This document shows positions 21,701 through 29,170 of a DNA stretch of 64,000 nt, piece after piece (within the stretch, counting starts at the first letter, position 1; every line of letters starts with the position of its first letter). The notes beneath the pieces were generated by a model. It was not told the origin of the DNA, did no database searches, and saw nothing but the letters and a program-made list of their open reading frames with translations. Both the position numbers and the translations under genes were made by a program. The stretch is from a virus, in IMG/VR virus record IMGVR_UViG_3300028829_005568, one strand, 5' to 3'.

Positions 21701-24319
21701 CTTTATAAATATAACTCTAATGAAGACCTTTATTCTCCTAGAGACTTAAATAATATTTTAGACCAAGCTAATTACTATAGAGATAATATGGCAGGTAAAG
21801 ATCTTACTGGAGTATTTGCTAATAGTGCTAAAGCTATTTTCTATAGTATACAAGCAGCTCGTAATTATGCTAAGGATAAAAATGCTACACCTATTTTAAG
21901 AGAAGATTATCACATTAATCTAAATGGTGGAGTGTATAGTCAAATGTCTTTAAAAGAACAAAAAGTAAAAGATGGTAAATTAATAGATAATGAAATAGAA
22001 GTTAATGTTATTAAAGATGAAAATGGTAAAATAATAGAAGTTATTAAAGATACTCCTACTATTAATCAAACTATTGATATGTTAATTAATGCTGCTATTG
22101 ATAATGTTAACGAACAAATTCTTTCTATTATTAATACTACTATTAAAACTAAAGATGTTTTAATAGGGTTAGTAAGTTTAGGGATTCCTTTGACTACTGC
22201 TACTAAATTAATGCTGCAGCCTGTTACTTTTGCAATAGGAGAAAATAGTAATTTTAAAGTAGGTATTGATCTTGAAAATAGTATAATTAAAGACGCTATT
22301 AGAAGAAAAATTATTGAAGAAAATAAAAAAGAAGAAGGAGAAGAAGAAGTAGAAGAAAAAGATAAAAAAGGAAAAAAGGGAAAAAAAGTAGAAGAAGTTA
22401 TTGATTTAGATAAATATATTGAAGAAAATAAAAGAGATATAACAGATAAAGTATTAGAAGAATCTTTAACTAATTATGAAAATTGGCAAAATAGATTTGA
22501 AAACCTTACTGCTCAACAATTAGTAGACCAGTTAGAAATATCTAATATACTTGAAAAAGCTGATAAAATAGGTAGTACTCTTGGAAAGGCCTCTAAAATG
22601 CTAAAAAGAATACAACAATTACCAGTACTTTATCCAGAAATCCAAGAAGGTATAGATAATAATGATGATATCTATGAAGAATGGAATAATTCTACTAAAG
22701 ATTATACTAAAGATGAGAACGGCAATAGAATTTTAAGTGAAAATTGGGTATTTACAAATACTGATTATATGAATATTCCTCATATAAATTATTCTTTTAA
22801 AATTTTAAGAACATTAAAAAGAAGAATACAAGAAATTTTTCTAACTCATAATAAGCAATTAGTTGAGTTCTCAGATAGCTTTAATAATAGATCTACTTTA
22901 CCTACTTTATATTTAGATACTAATTATAGTGTAACATCTAACTCTAATAAAAATTCTGAAATAATAAGAGATGAGTTTGTTAAATATGTGCTTAATGGAC
23001 TAACATTTAAAGTAGGAAATACTAAAGTAGATTTAAATACTGTAAAAGAAAAAGACTATGTAATAAAAGTAGATGAAGAAGGTAACCCTAAAGAAGATGA
23101 GGATACAACTGTAGTTACTGGTACACAAGCCTGGATAGAAAGATTTGCAGATAGAGTAATTAAGTTACAAAGATTGTACCCTTCAAATACATTTTTAAAT
23201 AACATACAAGTAAAACATGATTGGAAATTAGAAAATGGAGCACATAGTAGATATTTATTATTTACTAATCTAGGGACTATGGAAAATGAAGATATCGAAG
23301 CTATAATGGAAGACTTTGAGAAACTTAATGAGGACCCTAATGGCTATAATGAGATACAAACAGATTTCTTAAAATATGCTATAGTAGCAAATGGATTAGG
23401 GTTTAGTTCACAAAGTTACTCTACAGTATTACCTCCTAAATTATATGAGAATTTATTTAAAGCATTAGATTCTAAGTTAGGTAATATTTTTAATACTGAA
23501 AAAAGTTCTACTTTATATTTAGAAAGATTAAGATCACATTTTGGGATACAGCTAGCTTTAAATAATATGGATGCTATGAAAAATAGTAATTATGATATTG
23601 AAGAACAATCTAATGGAAAATGGTATGGAGAAATTGGTGGAGTAAATTTTGATATAGAGATAAAAAAAGATATAGAGACTCCCGCAAATAATCCTACTAA
23701 ATTTATTAAATTATTTAATAGTACTCTTTATGTAAGAGTATTACATACTGAAGAAAGTTCATACTACCAGAAAATAGGAAAAGGTAATAATCAAAAATTT
23801 TATTATTATTCTAGAAAAGTAGAAACTGATGGGTATGATTTAAATAGAGTTTTTGATACTTCAGTACAGGTTGATAAAGTATTAAGTAATAATCCTAAAA
23901 ATATTAGAAAAAGAGTAGTAATTGATGGTGTGTGGAAAACTGAAAGTTACACTTTAGATGATTACCAAAAAATTATTCTTGACCCAAGTAATTTCTTACC
24001 TTTACCCGTAGGAAGTGTTATTAGAATGGTTAATTATAGTGATAAATCTAGAACATATGCTAGAGACTATAAGATAAATAAAGTAAGAACAACAAAAGCC
24101 GAAGATATTTATGAAGATATTTCAGAAGATGCTATAATTATTCACTATAGTTTAGAGCCTACTGAAATAGATTATTCTATTGCTTTACCTAAAAATATAG
24201 TAGATCCTGTAGAAGGAAGAAATATAAAAGAAAATGATCCATTAGCTGTATCCAAAGAAGAAAAAATAAAAGAAGATAAAGCTAAAAAAGATTGTGCTAA
24301 AAAAGGAAAAAAGAAATAA
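9704..24319 (+). CDS. Giant virion-packaged RNA polymerase polyprotein (crAss-like vRNAP) with SF1 helicase and zincin-like domains
   Basis: 4871 aa. Catalytic GSDYDID (DYDID at 21305-21319) preceded by FRIPST. Walker A GFAGTGKT (13940-13963), Walker B IDEVG, GDPNQ, VQGRTID, YTATSRA. HEIFH at 17225-17239. Confidence 0.85.
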   Translation: MGTQQEEELTEIEQAIKHERQLRGESDIVNRPVTTDRDSVSRSDINTDMLEALNYESNINKIASTTYSDFSDVGSISSEELEEYENYLPQGIADLDKASIEELVSDAQGVSGKLGSGVTRLGATALTKFGEGVAFTGALALQALNPINWGEDYTAKVVGKAADNAISEAFSMAEDWVKEELAPIYESQAYKNGNWIEQAGTVDFWASDFVDGLAFLLSSYGGAALAGKIGMAGKVAAGLGKTTGIKNIAALEKVLGHAGTTAFISSGEAMFEAKEIKDDLLRRGVNPRVAAAKARDAFLLNMAVLSVSNSVQLGAMKKVLNPSGSGKIKGLGIKGGKLVDTSKDLKGFNKYLKGKTGAVGRAIGLNVASEGFYEENAQTAIQNLMTDYGTGKEIGNVFDALSELPGGMVDNLGTNEGQKAIFLGSIIGALGGGAGQLRQSIGEEQARDNFLKAIDDLGSSMSTDKSLYKRRVTKEKPKGSIVYEEGSPEAAEAYGEIIRHDDKKVVVKTKEEFERQKDEEYEVSELIYDSEGNPQLDHAAYAKIYSDKKVNQDLDYLIDAAYKNKDFATYRVLKGEKFQRLAYEYYNAGLGNEFLKLLEEYKTYDAETLAEMGYTNMEESEEGASKSHSQIMDDYIKDAKELKKIYDTIEKTVVNTGFRKKELDGKLTASKTITALRKKELKNLAAREYFVNKELNIARRKRTDLLLKGEASNLATQDNEFKTRISKLDDDILDLVAKKKASKDKTEIAQLREKEKEARALRRDLKKKYKTFLRRFGEEVDMLYTAPGRKQGYVTESVEGMEEEKRLSPVAKTELNAEEVKIAELANVRDLMQREVNKLLDPTKGYKYYIDNVLKLNKLKTAGRVTKMSIRDLLIGTYDDYIAYEEGRVKSARVKQSLDQKNEEDFDDAVRQRIAAQEPIVSIIQDILELKPPLSRDTISLVERQLRMDIRDANTERLDLTSGLEVRLNYLQEELQYALDASDYENIDILTPQVKETEDQLSELIDNEQYRELSRRVEGLKEYQGKVRDLKLYEKNTANLTDQEIKVKIAKDLYSSLVKEIKQNFELNEEYDNEEEINIAIAVLRKLGNIFKEREGFESFSKEIEEEIDSLVAIRKEIKKRKEDKERKQTEIWENYTKKAWGSFGIYFEIDEDGKVDISYSAEEEKVIKILKDNIEDFEEIIDSASKDNMAPIYADILLQKARNLVNEDAKVNKELKEELDSLYKIKFKKLIDIDLKKGFFYNGKKGRLAKTMLTKDQAREYFASPERFTDELIILLQDTGNGEAEYDLTKGSAIDTFIKDKDIINLKKNLLKEIEEKSDVSEEFPESTRQAIYDDILAHEAIVDTYALRNEIFDTSYDIADEIETEIISLNQDKKTPAPTAQQVIALRALIKFISKPIDTLNNFDGWAYLKGFAGTGKTNVTLKWAINILGIKNTESEIYAFGHTDSSTKTVINSINSLSTASLESLLKEGVPEVTKLIVIDEVGAISKEQLIEISKKISDINSKREVEDRVKVITLGDPNQRTVTRQLKAPIDQMLLLPGSSNMVNIQPLTVRYRSNVGPVVSFQDLFIGQRDNMLEREPLVTKSNTPDIMNESNEFQPLGVFGTNSFEKNITRVLKAREGSKTSKAVIVNDKDVEYYKQLLKDAGITDVEVLDVYNVQGRTIDEVYINLKKDNSYLTDVSYNTDIYTATSRAAKFIYIGEIPSKNELDIELNTDSKEASKKIASRRREYEEQLDRDLGVINKYYKEVIPDTGTEEGETVEEEETEKGEEGEIEIDENGETAEEKAIEVTNDDPENIDEYDVKDIEVEIKDEIPLTENEVDHIVAFPEKTATGPITEEGEETIKGLEIGDKVEYVLTKWLDKKTKEYVPSIVVVKKISEGTYRRIAVIGNEDIINRLPEDIAKILSKAKDNIGISDNWVEFSSVSGDILTTEDKIGYNKKEGEVAPIYTGTIKRTPTGLKYIYNGGNPEILTRSVLQKIVKKFKETFFSNEEKPGEVRLGPNGARIRIFTKKDVKEIADEFGIKIQRGVPYLYFKNPTLSKGPKKVKPQFIRLSPRKINTKVHPDITGPILSFIKNGKILESIIGSPIHRIGFPAFNELINELGKGNVEKAKAIAKSSKMKHLLNTNTGKYDILEDEEVLKLAKILYELAYYDTNNIKEIEENDWVQHSDPTTPFLNKKGNPKRQLVETINGDKVKLKGIDELFDIKDLSLQNTVKPGPLQRIINRIAKSNLVANDHLLRQEKVIDSKLIFTGKALLTSAQPRAFNIKSVSGQAYITRMAKRLGVSRKEAEEKIGDELLARLGEHWTLDKMEEVFSFDKDGNSNTNGGFGLRIPIPKLADGLNLTGKDWNNRQYGLVPKWKKAHLSDEQLERYFENTFEEVTPNNIVVTIDPSNKNTKDSHEEIKNNTPPPPEVDPEDPFEDFEDPDEGIRTASREAVREPGRIISKEKAIAYLKKILPSATEDQLKFIDSYELMMKNGGIEAWGAWSKGIIELTKEGTTKKILRHEIFHEVWNRYLTIDEQLILTEAIFNIYGPMSEEQLEEKLAELYQDRNSFKGIIKQIFNRIAQFFNFYARNRRTIDRYLDAIDSGKYTVPIRAVEDIQFDRLSSKIRQDFKTMENYKIAKNFFFTEMYKHTSKYDIKNGKLVDKKVDPNNPATFPKTHLEAFLAVFAKAEAMVIAGERLNGEFTGATKEIRERKKNAYTALSKMVAYSPGGGSKATVFTSMIKDAYPNYSFKPGQTIKDIKKLREKSEDETKKTVEQSYEDLENNDSMSGIFEDHIQEGDQVNQEKKISQSAKDFVSLLIPITKQGKILPRVNPRYAYIRLLQTMPGINWNNLDTAKNQLESSFRKGKIESDITTKTIYDNVIKLISKARAQKVFSDTGGRINIPTVGKFLSTNVYVEGNITIESSSYPTNFKFFEAIYNKSSIKDYNAIVGMYNIADAKNTLRELIVGTSSQRRKNVKLGTETSTKDKLTQRYISLREYGFVDTATVKIEHIIGTVFSSEENRIKYIQKLNKIKSYKKWETQRDNIQNILSELGILNKSNIVLSESETGQIIDAFSGIIRRYSDYKKAGRALSDSVNDISILVDVIIDNTDNIRTSNYTAGDGTRRYMYMLSSRAIDTLRTFAKGNSWMTKPSFFDNLYFENNMYLNKDFPAKIHNYIDHDSIKNKFTGRATPYKGETKQEWIQRNLIYGFGSVLRNSGNVRKYAQQFWTPSDKPNIIGAEVTALNEKQLKKAIRLAIYQESARPEESDISNYSENKTKSYLTGLDTALDPSVSDIAFDMLSARDKAEIERRTQIVFNSLNKQTEELLDYIIKEKIKLSASTINYIYKNKTDLFGEYPAPIIKKEGEEVIEELTEEEILDNIKKVNSKEFILPDSIHKKGADLNKYREHLRPFIDLFVKNNYVNGYFLNQLVAGDQSFYKNSNNVIKRMSMVFAQGTKGFVNEEIGMKETFTVAVGKDINEYLDKEEFAEFKQILGKAFDISDGAGFILPERKSNIELGFGESSNITLIQKPVYWGIDDTGVPRGMKYSTVELTDDLVEMFPRLSILRDQMRGVKWNEKTKKYDRIRNRELIADEFVFGSAFKVGAPNSLAVMDEEIGAHTIEDSNIVTLKNENYRIQQQAYHDVTEQSVSQPTQLNYFLNSNGKNNEQANEIYNDLTSLMEANMLLSDRELRFSGKESKITPDALRKVLLRSLESNPTSDNNRIHEFLSAKTSTGEWMASLDTPFMIKKIITMFSSTVSKNTVEIKFDGAKLSLQTAYGVKGKELKGVLEESGLEEPKWRNEQGYAEVYMPDMYKGKFNVGDIVHAGDKVHNKFLSFRIPSTEMHSALPIMIKGFYPTTEKNENVIIAPKEIVFFHGSDYDIDALYVIRHSISSNGIKGLTKKGKIAGFKGEKLDEEIISKIDKRLAEKLTIIRSSKKYTPQEQGLAGDEYQKLLVFKSEVLKNKILEQFLEIVTAKRNEKDMFSPISMDRFNGTSKEEYTDTIFDMLRKLYKYNSNEDLYSPRDLNNILDQANYYRDNMAGKDLTGVFANSAKAIFYSIQAARNYAKDKNATPILREDYHINLNGGVYSQMSLKEQKVKDGKLIDNEIEVNVIKDENGKIIEVIKDTPTINQTIDMLINAAIDNVNEQILSIINTTIKTKDVLIGLVSLGIPLTTATKLMLQPVTFAIGENSNFKVGIDLENSIIKDAIRRKIIEENKKEEGEEEVEEKDKKGKKGKKVEEVIDLDKYIEENKRDITDKVLEESLTNYENWQNRFENLTAQQLVDQLEISNILEKADKIGSTLGKASKMLKRIQQLPVLYPEIQEGIDNNDDIYEEWNNSTKDYTKDENGNRILSENWVFTNTDYMNIPHINYSFKILRTLKRRIQEIFLTHNKQLVEFSDSFNNRSTLPTLYLDTNYSVTSNSNKNSEIIRDEFVKYVLNGLTFKVGNTKVDLNTVKEKDYVIKVDEEGNPKEDEDTTVVTGTQAWIERFADRVIKLQRLYPSNTFLNNIQVKHDWKLENGAHSRYLLFTNLGTMENEDIEAIMEDFEKLNEDPNGYNEIQTDFLKYAIVANGLGFSSQSYSTVLPPKLYENLFKALDSKLGNIFNTEKSSTLYLERLRSHFGIQLALNNMDAMKNSNYDIEEQSNGKWYGEIGGVNFDIEIKKDIETPANNPTKFIKLFNSTLYVRVLHTEESSYYQKIGKGNNQKFYYYSRKVETDGYDLNRVFDTSVQVDKVLSNNPKNIRKRVVIDGVWKTESYTLDDYQKIILDPSNFLPLPVGSVIRMVNYSDKSRTYARDYKINKVRTTKAEDIYEDISEDAIIIHYSLEPTEIDYSIALPKNIVDPVEGRNIKENDPLAVSKEEKIKEDKAKKDCAKKGKKK

Positions 24320-24320
24320 T

Positions 24321-27300
24321 ATGATATGTCCCAATATTAATACTGCATTTTTTAAAAAACTAGAAAAAGACTTTGGATATGATGATGCATGGAGAATAGC
24401 TTATAGAACTATGCAGCCTAAGTTTGATAAATGGTATGGAAATGGAAAAAGAGACAAATTAGGAAATCCTAGAATATATAGTGAAGTTTTTCAAAATGGA
24501 AAAGGCTCTGTTTATAGAATAAATGAAGCTTTAAATCCTACAGAAGAAGAAAAAAGACTTTGGATGTTAGGAAGCCAGACTCAATGGGAATCTCAATATA
24601 CAGGAATTCCTAGTCAACTGTCTAAAGCACAATGGGCCCATGTGCGTACGGAATCTTTTATAGATTGGTTTGGTGATTGGCAAAATAATTACCAAAATAT
24701 TAAAGGGGCTATGAATGAAGAGACTGGAGAGCCTTCTGTTGTAGAGTATAAAGGAAATAGAGTATTTATAAATGATACTGAAAATATTAATGGAACTAGT
24801 ATTAAATCTGCTGTAGCTAATAATGGAGAATACTCTAATAGTTCTTCTTCTTTATATGACTCCAGGTTAGAACTAAAGGAAGCTATAAGTAAAAAAGATG
24901 CTGAAGCTCACGGTAAGCGGCTTAAAAATATATTCTTAAAAAATGGAGTAGATGTAGATATAATTTATGATGAAAATATGGATAAAAATGCTGATGTAAC
25001 TTACTTAGGTAATGGTAAAGCTACTATCAGAATTAATCCTAATAGAGTATACAAAGATACTATACCGCATGAATTTTCTCACTTATATATAGACATGCTG
25101 GGGTACGAACATCCTCTAGTACAGCAAGCTATTAAACAAGCTAAAAAATTAAATCCTGAACTATGGGAAACTATCCAAGAGAAGTATCCAGATAAAAATA
25201 TAATAGACCAGGAAAAAGAATTACTAGCTACTTCTATGGGTGTAGCAGGATCCGCCATTAGTACGGATACTAAATTACAAAGAGCATGGACTTTAGTCAT
25301 TAACAAGATCATGCGGGCAATTGGTGAATTATTTGGAAGACAACCTGATTTTGCAAAACAGTTATATTTAGATATGGCTTTTGATAAATTTAATGGGGGA
25401 GACTTTAGAAATTTAGTAGAAGGAAAAACAGAAGATAGTAGATTAGAAAAAATAGTAAAAGAAAATTCTAATGTATTTTTAGATGAAAGTTTTGAAGAAC
25501 CTAAGTATATAAATATTGAAGACCCTAGTATAAATTATCAAAGGGGTACTGAGGTTATTTCAGGGAAAAAAGAAGATAAAGAAAAAGGTATAAAAAAATA
25601 TCCAGGTCTTAGTTGGAAACATGAATTAGGAAATAAAACTCCAGAAGAATATACTGCTGATAGAATATTTAAAAATCAATTTAGAGACCCTGAAACAGAG
25701 AAAGTAGAACTTACTTATAATGATGAAAAAAACGACTATACATACCAAGAACTTTTAGATCATTTAAAGATTGAATATGAAACAGGAAGGCAAGATGGTA
25801 ATATTTCCCATTTAATTTTAGAAAGAGAAATAAAAAAATATACTAAAGAGGACTCTAAATTAATAGATTCTATTAATAGCAAAATAAATAAAATATCTAA
25901 AGGTAAAAAAGGAAAGTGGAATCCTATAAATTTAAATAGTAAAAAATGGCTAGTAAATGCTATTCCTTCAATTTTAACAAAAGCAGGTATAAATATTTAT
26001 GATGAAGAAGCTCCTGAATCTGCTTTAGATAAATTAAAAGCTGAAGTAGTACTGTATTCTGATATTCTTGGAGTAGCTACAACAGCAGATAGTATAGTAG
26101 AACATTCTGATGGTTCTTTAAGTATGTTTGACTGGAAAGCAGGTAAAAAGTTTTTATCTGATGCAATGCAAACAAATAGAGAACTTAAATATGGAGATAA
26201 AGTATTACCTGTATATGATACTAAATTAGGAAGAGCAAGTTTAGAAGTTATGCTAAGGGCCATGATAATTAAATTACAAAATCCAGAAGCAAGATTTAGA
26301 AATTTAAGAGTAGTCCATTTAAATAGAAATACAGGTACTAATGTAAATAATGTAAATATCCCATCTACTCTTAAAGCTTTAGAAGATTACTATAAAAAGG
26401 AACATCCTGAAAAATATAATGCTTTATTAGAAGTAAATCCAGATATATTTAGAGCTAATGATTATGTTGCATTTTCTGAAGATCTTTCTAGAGAGACCCG
26501 ATATAAAGATATGTCTAAAAAGCAAATAGTAGAAGACAAGAAAAATGAATTATTTACTTTAACTTCTATAGTAAATAAAACTCCAGATGATATAGAAAAT
26601 ATAAAAAATCTTTCTGTAGAAATTTTAAATATGGAAGGAGATGCAGGCTTTAAGATAGATAATAGTTTAGGTAATGAACAAGAAATTGGAATATTTAAAA
26701 GATGGTTCGCTAATGCATATAGTATTGGTAAAGGTAAAAATCCTATGATTAATCAATTCTTTAAAAATCATTTAGCTCCTGCAAGGATGGCTGCAAAAGA
26801 AGAAATTGAAAACATACAAAGAGAGCATATTAAAAAATTGATACCTGTATTAAAAGAATATTTTGCTAGTAAAGGAAAAACTTATTCAGATAAAAAAATA
26901 GAATCTGAGATGTCTAAAGTAGGAGCTTTCGTAGGAGCTTTAGCAGGAGCAGCTACTGGTTTAGGTGGATATGCTATGCTAGCTGGTAATATTATTGGAG
27001 GAATTTCTACTAATATACAAGGGTTCTCTATTAATTATGGAGAATTATATAGTTTTATGTATTCAGATAAAAATGATTTAGATAAAGATGGAATATTTTT
27101 AAAAACTGAAGAAGAAATCCCAGAAGGGATGAGTACTGCTAAAAGGGAATATCTACAATATATCAAAAATACTATGCAAGAACAGTGGGGGATGACCATG
27201 TCTAAAACAGTATTTATGGATGAAACTAATGAGGAAAAGTATTTATGGGAAGTATTAGGGCAGCCTGAAAAACTTGATGAAGATTTTATGCCAAGAGTAC

Positions 27301-29093
27301 CAATGCCTCAAGAAGAATTTTTAGAAAATCAATCTCTATTATCAGGTATATATAAGTTAGGAAAAAACGAAGCTAAAATTGCATTTAACAAACATTTTAA
27401 TGAAGTTAATAATAATGAAGTATTTGATGAACATGCTACAGGTATCCCATTAAAATATATGGGGAACACAAAAATAGTACAAGGAAGAGAGCACACCCTT
27501 AATACAGAAATAATGTTTAATAATTTCATTAATAATTTAGTAATGAAAAGACATATGGATTCTGTCCATGCTGTGGGAAAAGGAGTAATTACTTTAATGG
27601 AAGCTAAAAAACATCCTAATGGTAAAAAATATTTTAAACAAGCTATTGGTTTTTTAGAAGACCAAATGAGCATGCATGTTTTAGGTAAAACATCTAGTGA
27701 TTTAGAAAAAAATTGGAAAATTAAAATACCCCATGTTACTTTTAAAGATGGTAAATTATATACAATACCTGGTAAGTATACTTATATAAATATTAGTAAG
27801 TTTATGAATACTATGAAATCTTTTACTTCAGCTATTACTATGTGGTTAAAGCCAATTGGAGGCGCTGCTAATACTATATTAATTACTATGCTTACTGTTA
27901 AAGATGGACTAAAAGGCTCTATTGCTAAAAGATTGGGAGTACCTATAGAAGATATAGATTTTACATTAAGTGATTTATGGTATGCTGAAGGAGCTGTATT
28001 AAACTATTGGAAAGATCATATGACTGGAAAGGGAAAAGAAAATAAATTACATCTTTTAATGAAAAAATATGACTTTTTACCTAAAAATATGGACTATACT
28101 GTAGAAGGTGAAGAACTATATTCAGGTAAAAATAAATTATTTAATACAGGTAATTTATTTGTATTCCATCAATTAGGTGAGGAATGGGGTAATTTAATAC
28201 TACTAGCCGCTCAAATGCGTAGAATGAAGCACCCAGTTACTGGTAAATCTATACTTGATAGCTATGAAGTAGAAGATGGAAAATTAGTATGGAAAGGAGG
28301 AGAAAGATTTACAAGGCAACTGTCAGATGGTACAATTAAATCAGTTACTGAACTTGAGCCTGAAGAAGTTACTAGACTTAAAAAAATTACTGCTCGTATA
28401 CACGGTGGGTACAGAAGAGAAGAAAGAGTAGCTTTAGAACTTACTGCAGTTGGTAAGTGGGTACTACAATTTAAAAAATACTTGCCCGCAGTTTTAGAAA
28501 ATGCATTAATGAGTAGAATGGATGATACTTCTTTAGGTAAATTTAAAAAAGTTGAAGGTCAAGATATATATGAATGGATATCTATGCAACATGAGGGAAG
28601 AATATGGACTACAACTAAAGTACTAGCCAGCATGATAGCAGGTAAAGCTGGAGCAGATCATTTATTTAATGAATATAGGTGGATAAAAGGAAATGAAAAA
28701 CTAACATCAGAAGATAAAAAAAATGTAATATCTGTAGGTATTTCTATGACATTATGGATAATTATGACATTAGGTATTGGTGCCGCATTTGATGATGATG
28801 ATGACCCATGGAAATGGAGATTTGAAAATCTTGCCCAAAATATGACTCAAGATTATAACTTTCTGGATTGGCTTAAAGCATTAGTACAACCTACTGTAGT
28901 TATAGGAAAACTTTTAAAAGGTTCAGAAGGTCTTTCAGATATGTTTTGGAAAGGATTAATTCAGGGAGAGCGTGTTAAATCTGGACCTAATAAAGGGAAA
29001 TTTAGAGGAACTGCACAGTTTAGAAAAAACTGGCCATTATTTTCTTCTACAGAAGAGTGGGACAGGATGGTAATTGATTACGGTAATAAATAA
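24321..29093 (+). CDS. Large virion/ejection protein: degenerate ART-associated module, zincin HExxH, PD-(D/E)xK nuclease, hydrophobic segments
   Basis: Likely start is ATG 24321 (MICPN) rather than GTG 24294. QWAHVRTESFIDWFGDW; HEFSH (25068-25082); ATTADSIVEHSDGSLSMFDWKAG (about 26075-26145); hydrophobic GAFVGALAGAATGLGG and ISVGISMTLWIIMTLGIGAAF. Confidence 0.65.
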   Translation: MICPNINTAFFKKLEKDFGYDDAWRIAYRTMQPKFDKWYGNGKRDKLGNPRIYSEVFQNGKGSVYRINEALNPTEEEKRLWMLGSQTQWESQYTGIPSQLSKAQWAHVRTESFIDWFGDWQNNYQNIKGAMNEETGEPSVVEYKGNRVFINDTENINGTSIKSAVANNGEYSNSSSSLYDSRLELKEAISKKDAEAHGKRLKNIFLKNGVDVDIIYDENMDKNADVTYLGNGKATIRINPNRVYKDTIPHEFSHLYIDMLGYEHPLVQQAIKQAKKLNPELWETIQEKYPDKNIIDQEKELLATSMGVAGSAISTDTKLQRAWTLVINKIMRAIGELFGRQPDFAKQLYLDMAFDKFNGGDFRNLVEGKTEDSRLEKIVKENSNVFLDESFEEPKYINIEDPSINYQRGTEVISGKKEDKEKGIKKYPGLSWKHELGNKTPEEYTADRIFKNQFRDPETEKVELTYNDEKNDYTYQELLDHLKIEYETGRQDGNISHLILEREIKKYTKEDSKLIDSINSKINKISKGKKGKWNPINLNSKKWLVNAIPSILTKAGINIYDEEAPESALDKLKAEVVLYSDILGVATTADSIVEHSDGSLSMFDWKAGKKFLSDAMQTNRELKYGDKVLPVYDTKLGRASLEVMLRAMIIKLQNPEARFRNLRVVHLNRNTGTNVNNVNIPSTLKALEDYYKKEHPEKYNALLEVNPDIFRANDYVAFSEDLSRETRYKDMSKKQIVEDKKNELFTLTSIVNKTPDDIENIKNLSVEILNMEGDAGFKIDNSLGNEQEIGIFKRWFANAYSIGKGKNPMINQFFKNHLAPARMAAKEEIENIQREHIKKLIPVLKEYFASKGKTYSDKKIESEMSKVGAFVGALAGAATGLGGYAMLAGNIIGGISTNIQGFSINYGELYSFMYSDKNDLDKDGIFLKTEEEIPEGMSTAKREYLQYIKNTMQEQWGMTMSKTVFMDETNEEKYLWEVLGQPEKLDEDFMPRVPMPQEEFLENQSLLSGIYKLGKNEAKIAFNKHFNEVNNNEVFDEHATGIPLKYMGNTKIVQGREHTLNTEIMFNNFINNLVMKRHMDSVHAVGKGVITLMEAKKHPNGKKYFKQAIGFLEDQMSMHVLGKTSSDLEKNWKIKIPHVTFKDGKLYTIPGKYTYINISKFMNTMKSFTSAITMWLKPIGGAANTILITMLTVKDGLKGSIAKRLGVPIEDIDFTLSDLWYAEGAVLNYWKDHMTGKGKENKLHLLMKKYDFLPKNMDYTVEGEELYSGKNKLFNTGNLFVFHQLGEEWGNLILLAAQMRRMKHPVTGKSILDSYEVEDGKLVWKGGERFTRQLSDGTIKSVTELEPEEVTRLKKITARIHGGYRREERVALELTAVGKWVLQFKKYLPAVLENALMSRMDDTSLGKFKKVEGQDIYEWISMQHEGRIWTTTKVLASMIAGKAGADHLFNEYRWIKGNEKLTSEDKKNVISVGISMTLWIIMTLGIGAAFDDDDDPWKWRFENLAQNMTQDYNFLDWLKALVQPTVVIGKLLKGSEGLSDMFWKGLIQGERVKSGPNKGKFRGTAQFRKNWPLFSSTEEWDRMVIDYGNK

Positions 29094-29140
29094 AAAAAGA
29101 AAGGGGAGGGAAACCTTAAAAAACCTACCCCTTTCTTATA
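29092..29140. terminator. Bidirectional intrinsic terminator at convergent junction
   Basis: aagaaagggg (29097-29106) / cccctttctt (29128-29137) inverted repeat flanked by A/T runs, between convergent gene blocks. Confidence 0.75.
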
Positions 29141-29170
29141 TTTAAATTAATATATAATTTAAATTAATGT

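Noticed and set aside
24307-24313. A AAA AAG (dnaX-type) slippery site just before the vRNAP stop
   Set aside because: The -1 frame stops at TGA 24322-24324; the next gene is in the +1 frame and has a good ATG at 24321.
24290-24335. Cys near the vRNAP C-terminus (DCAKK) and in the next N-terminus (MICPN) as a disulfide link
   Set aside because: No support beyond adjacency.
10360-27673. Short antisense or alternate-frame ORFs within the giant genes (and similar ones elsewhere in the track)
   Set aside because: Shadow ORFs of low-complexity coding sequence with no recognisable motifs.
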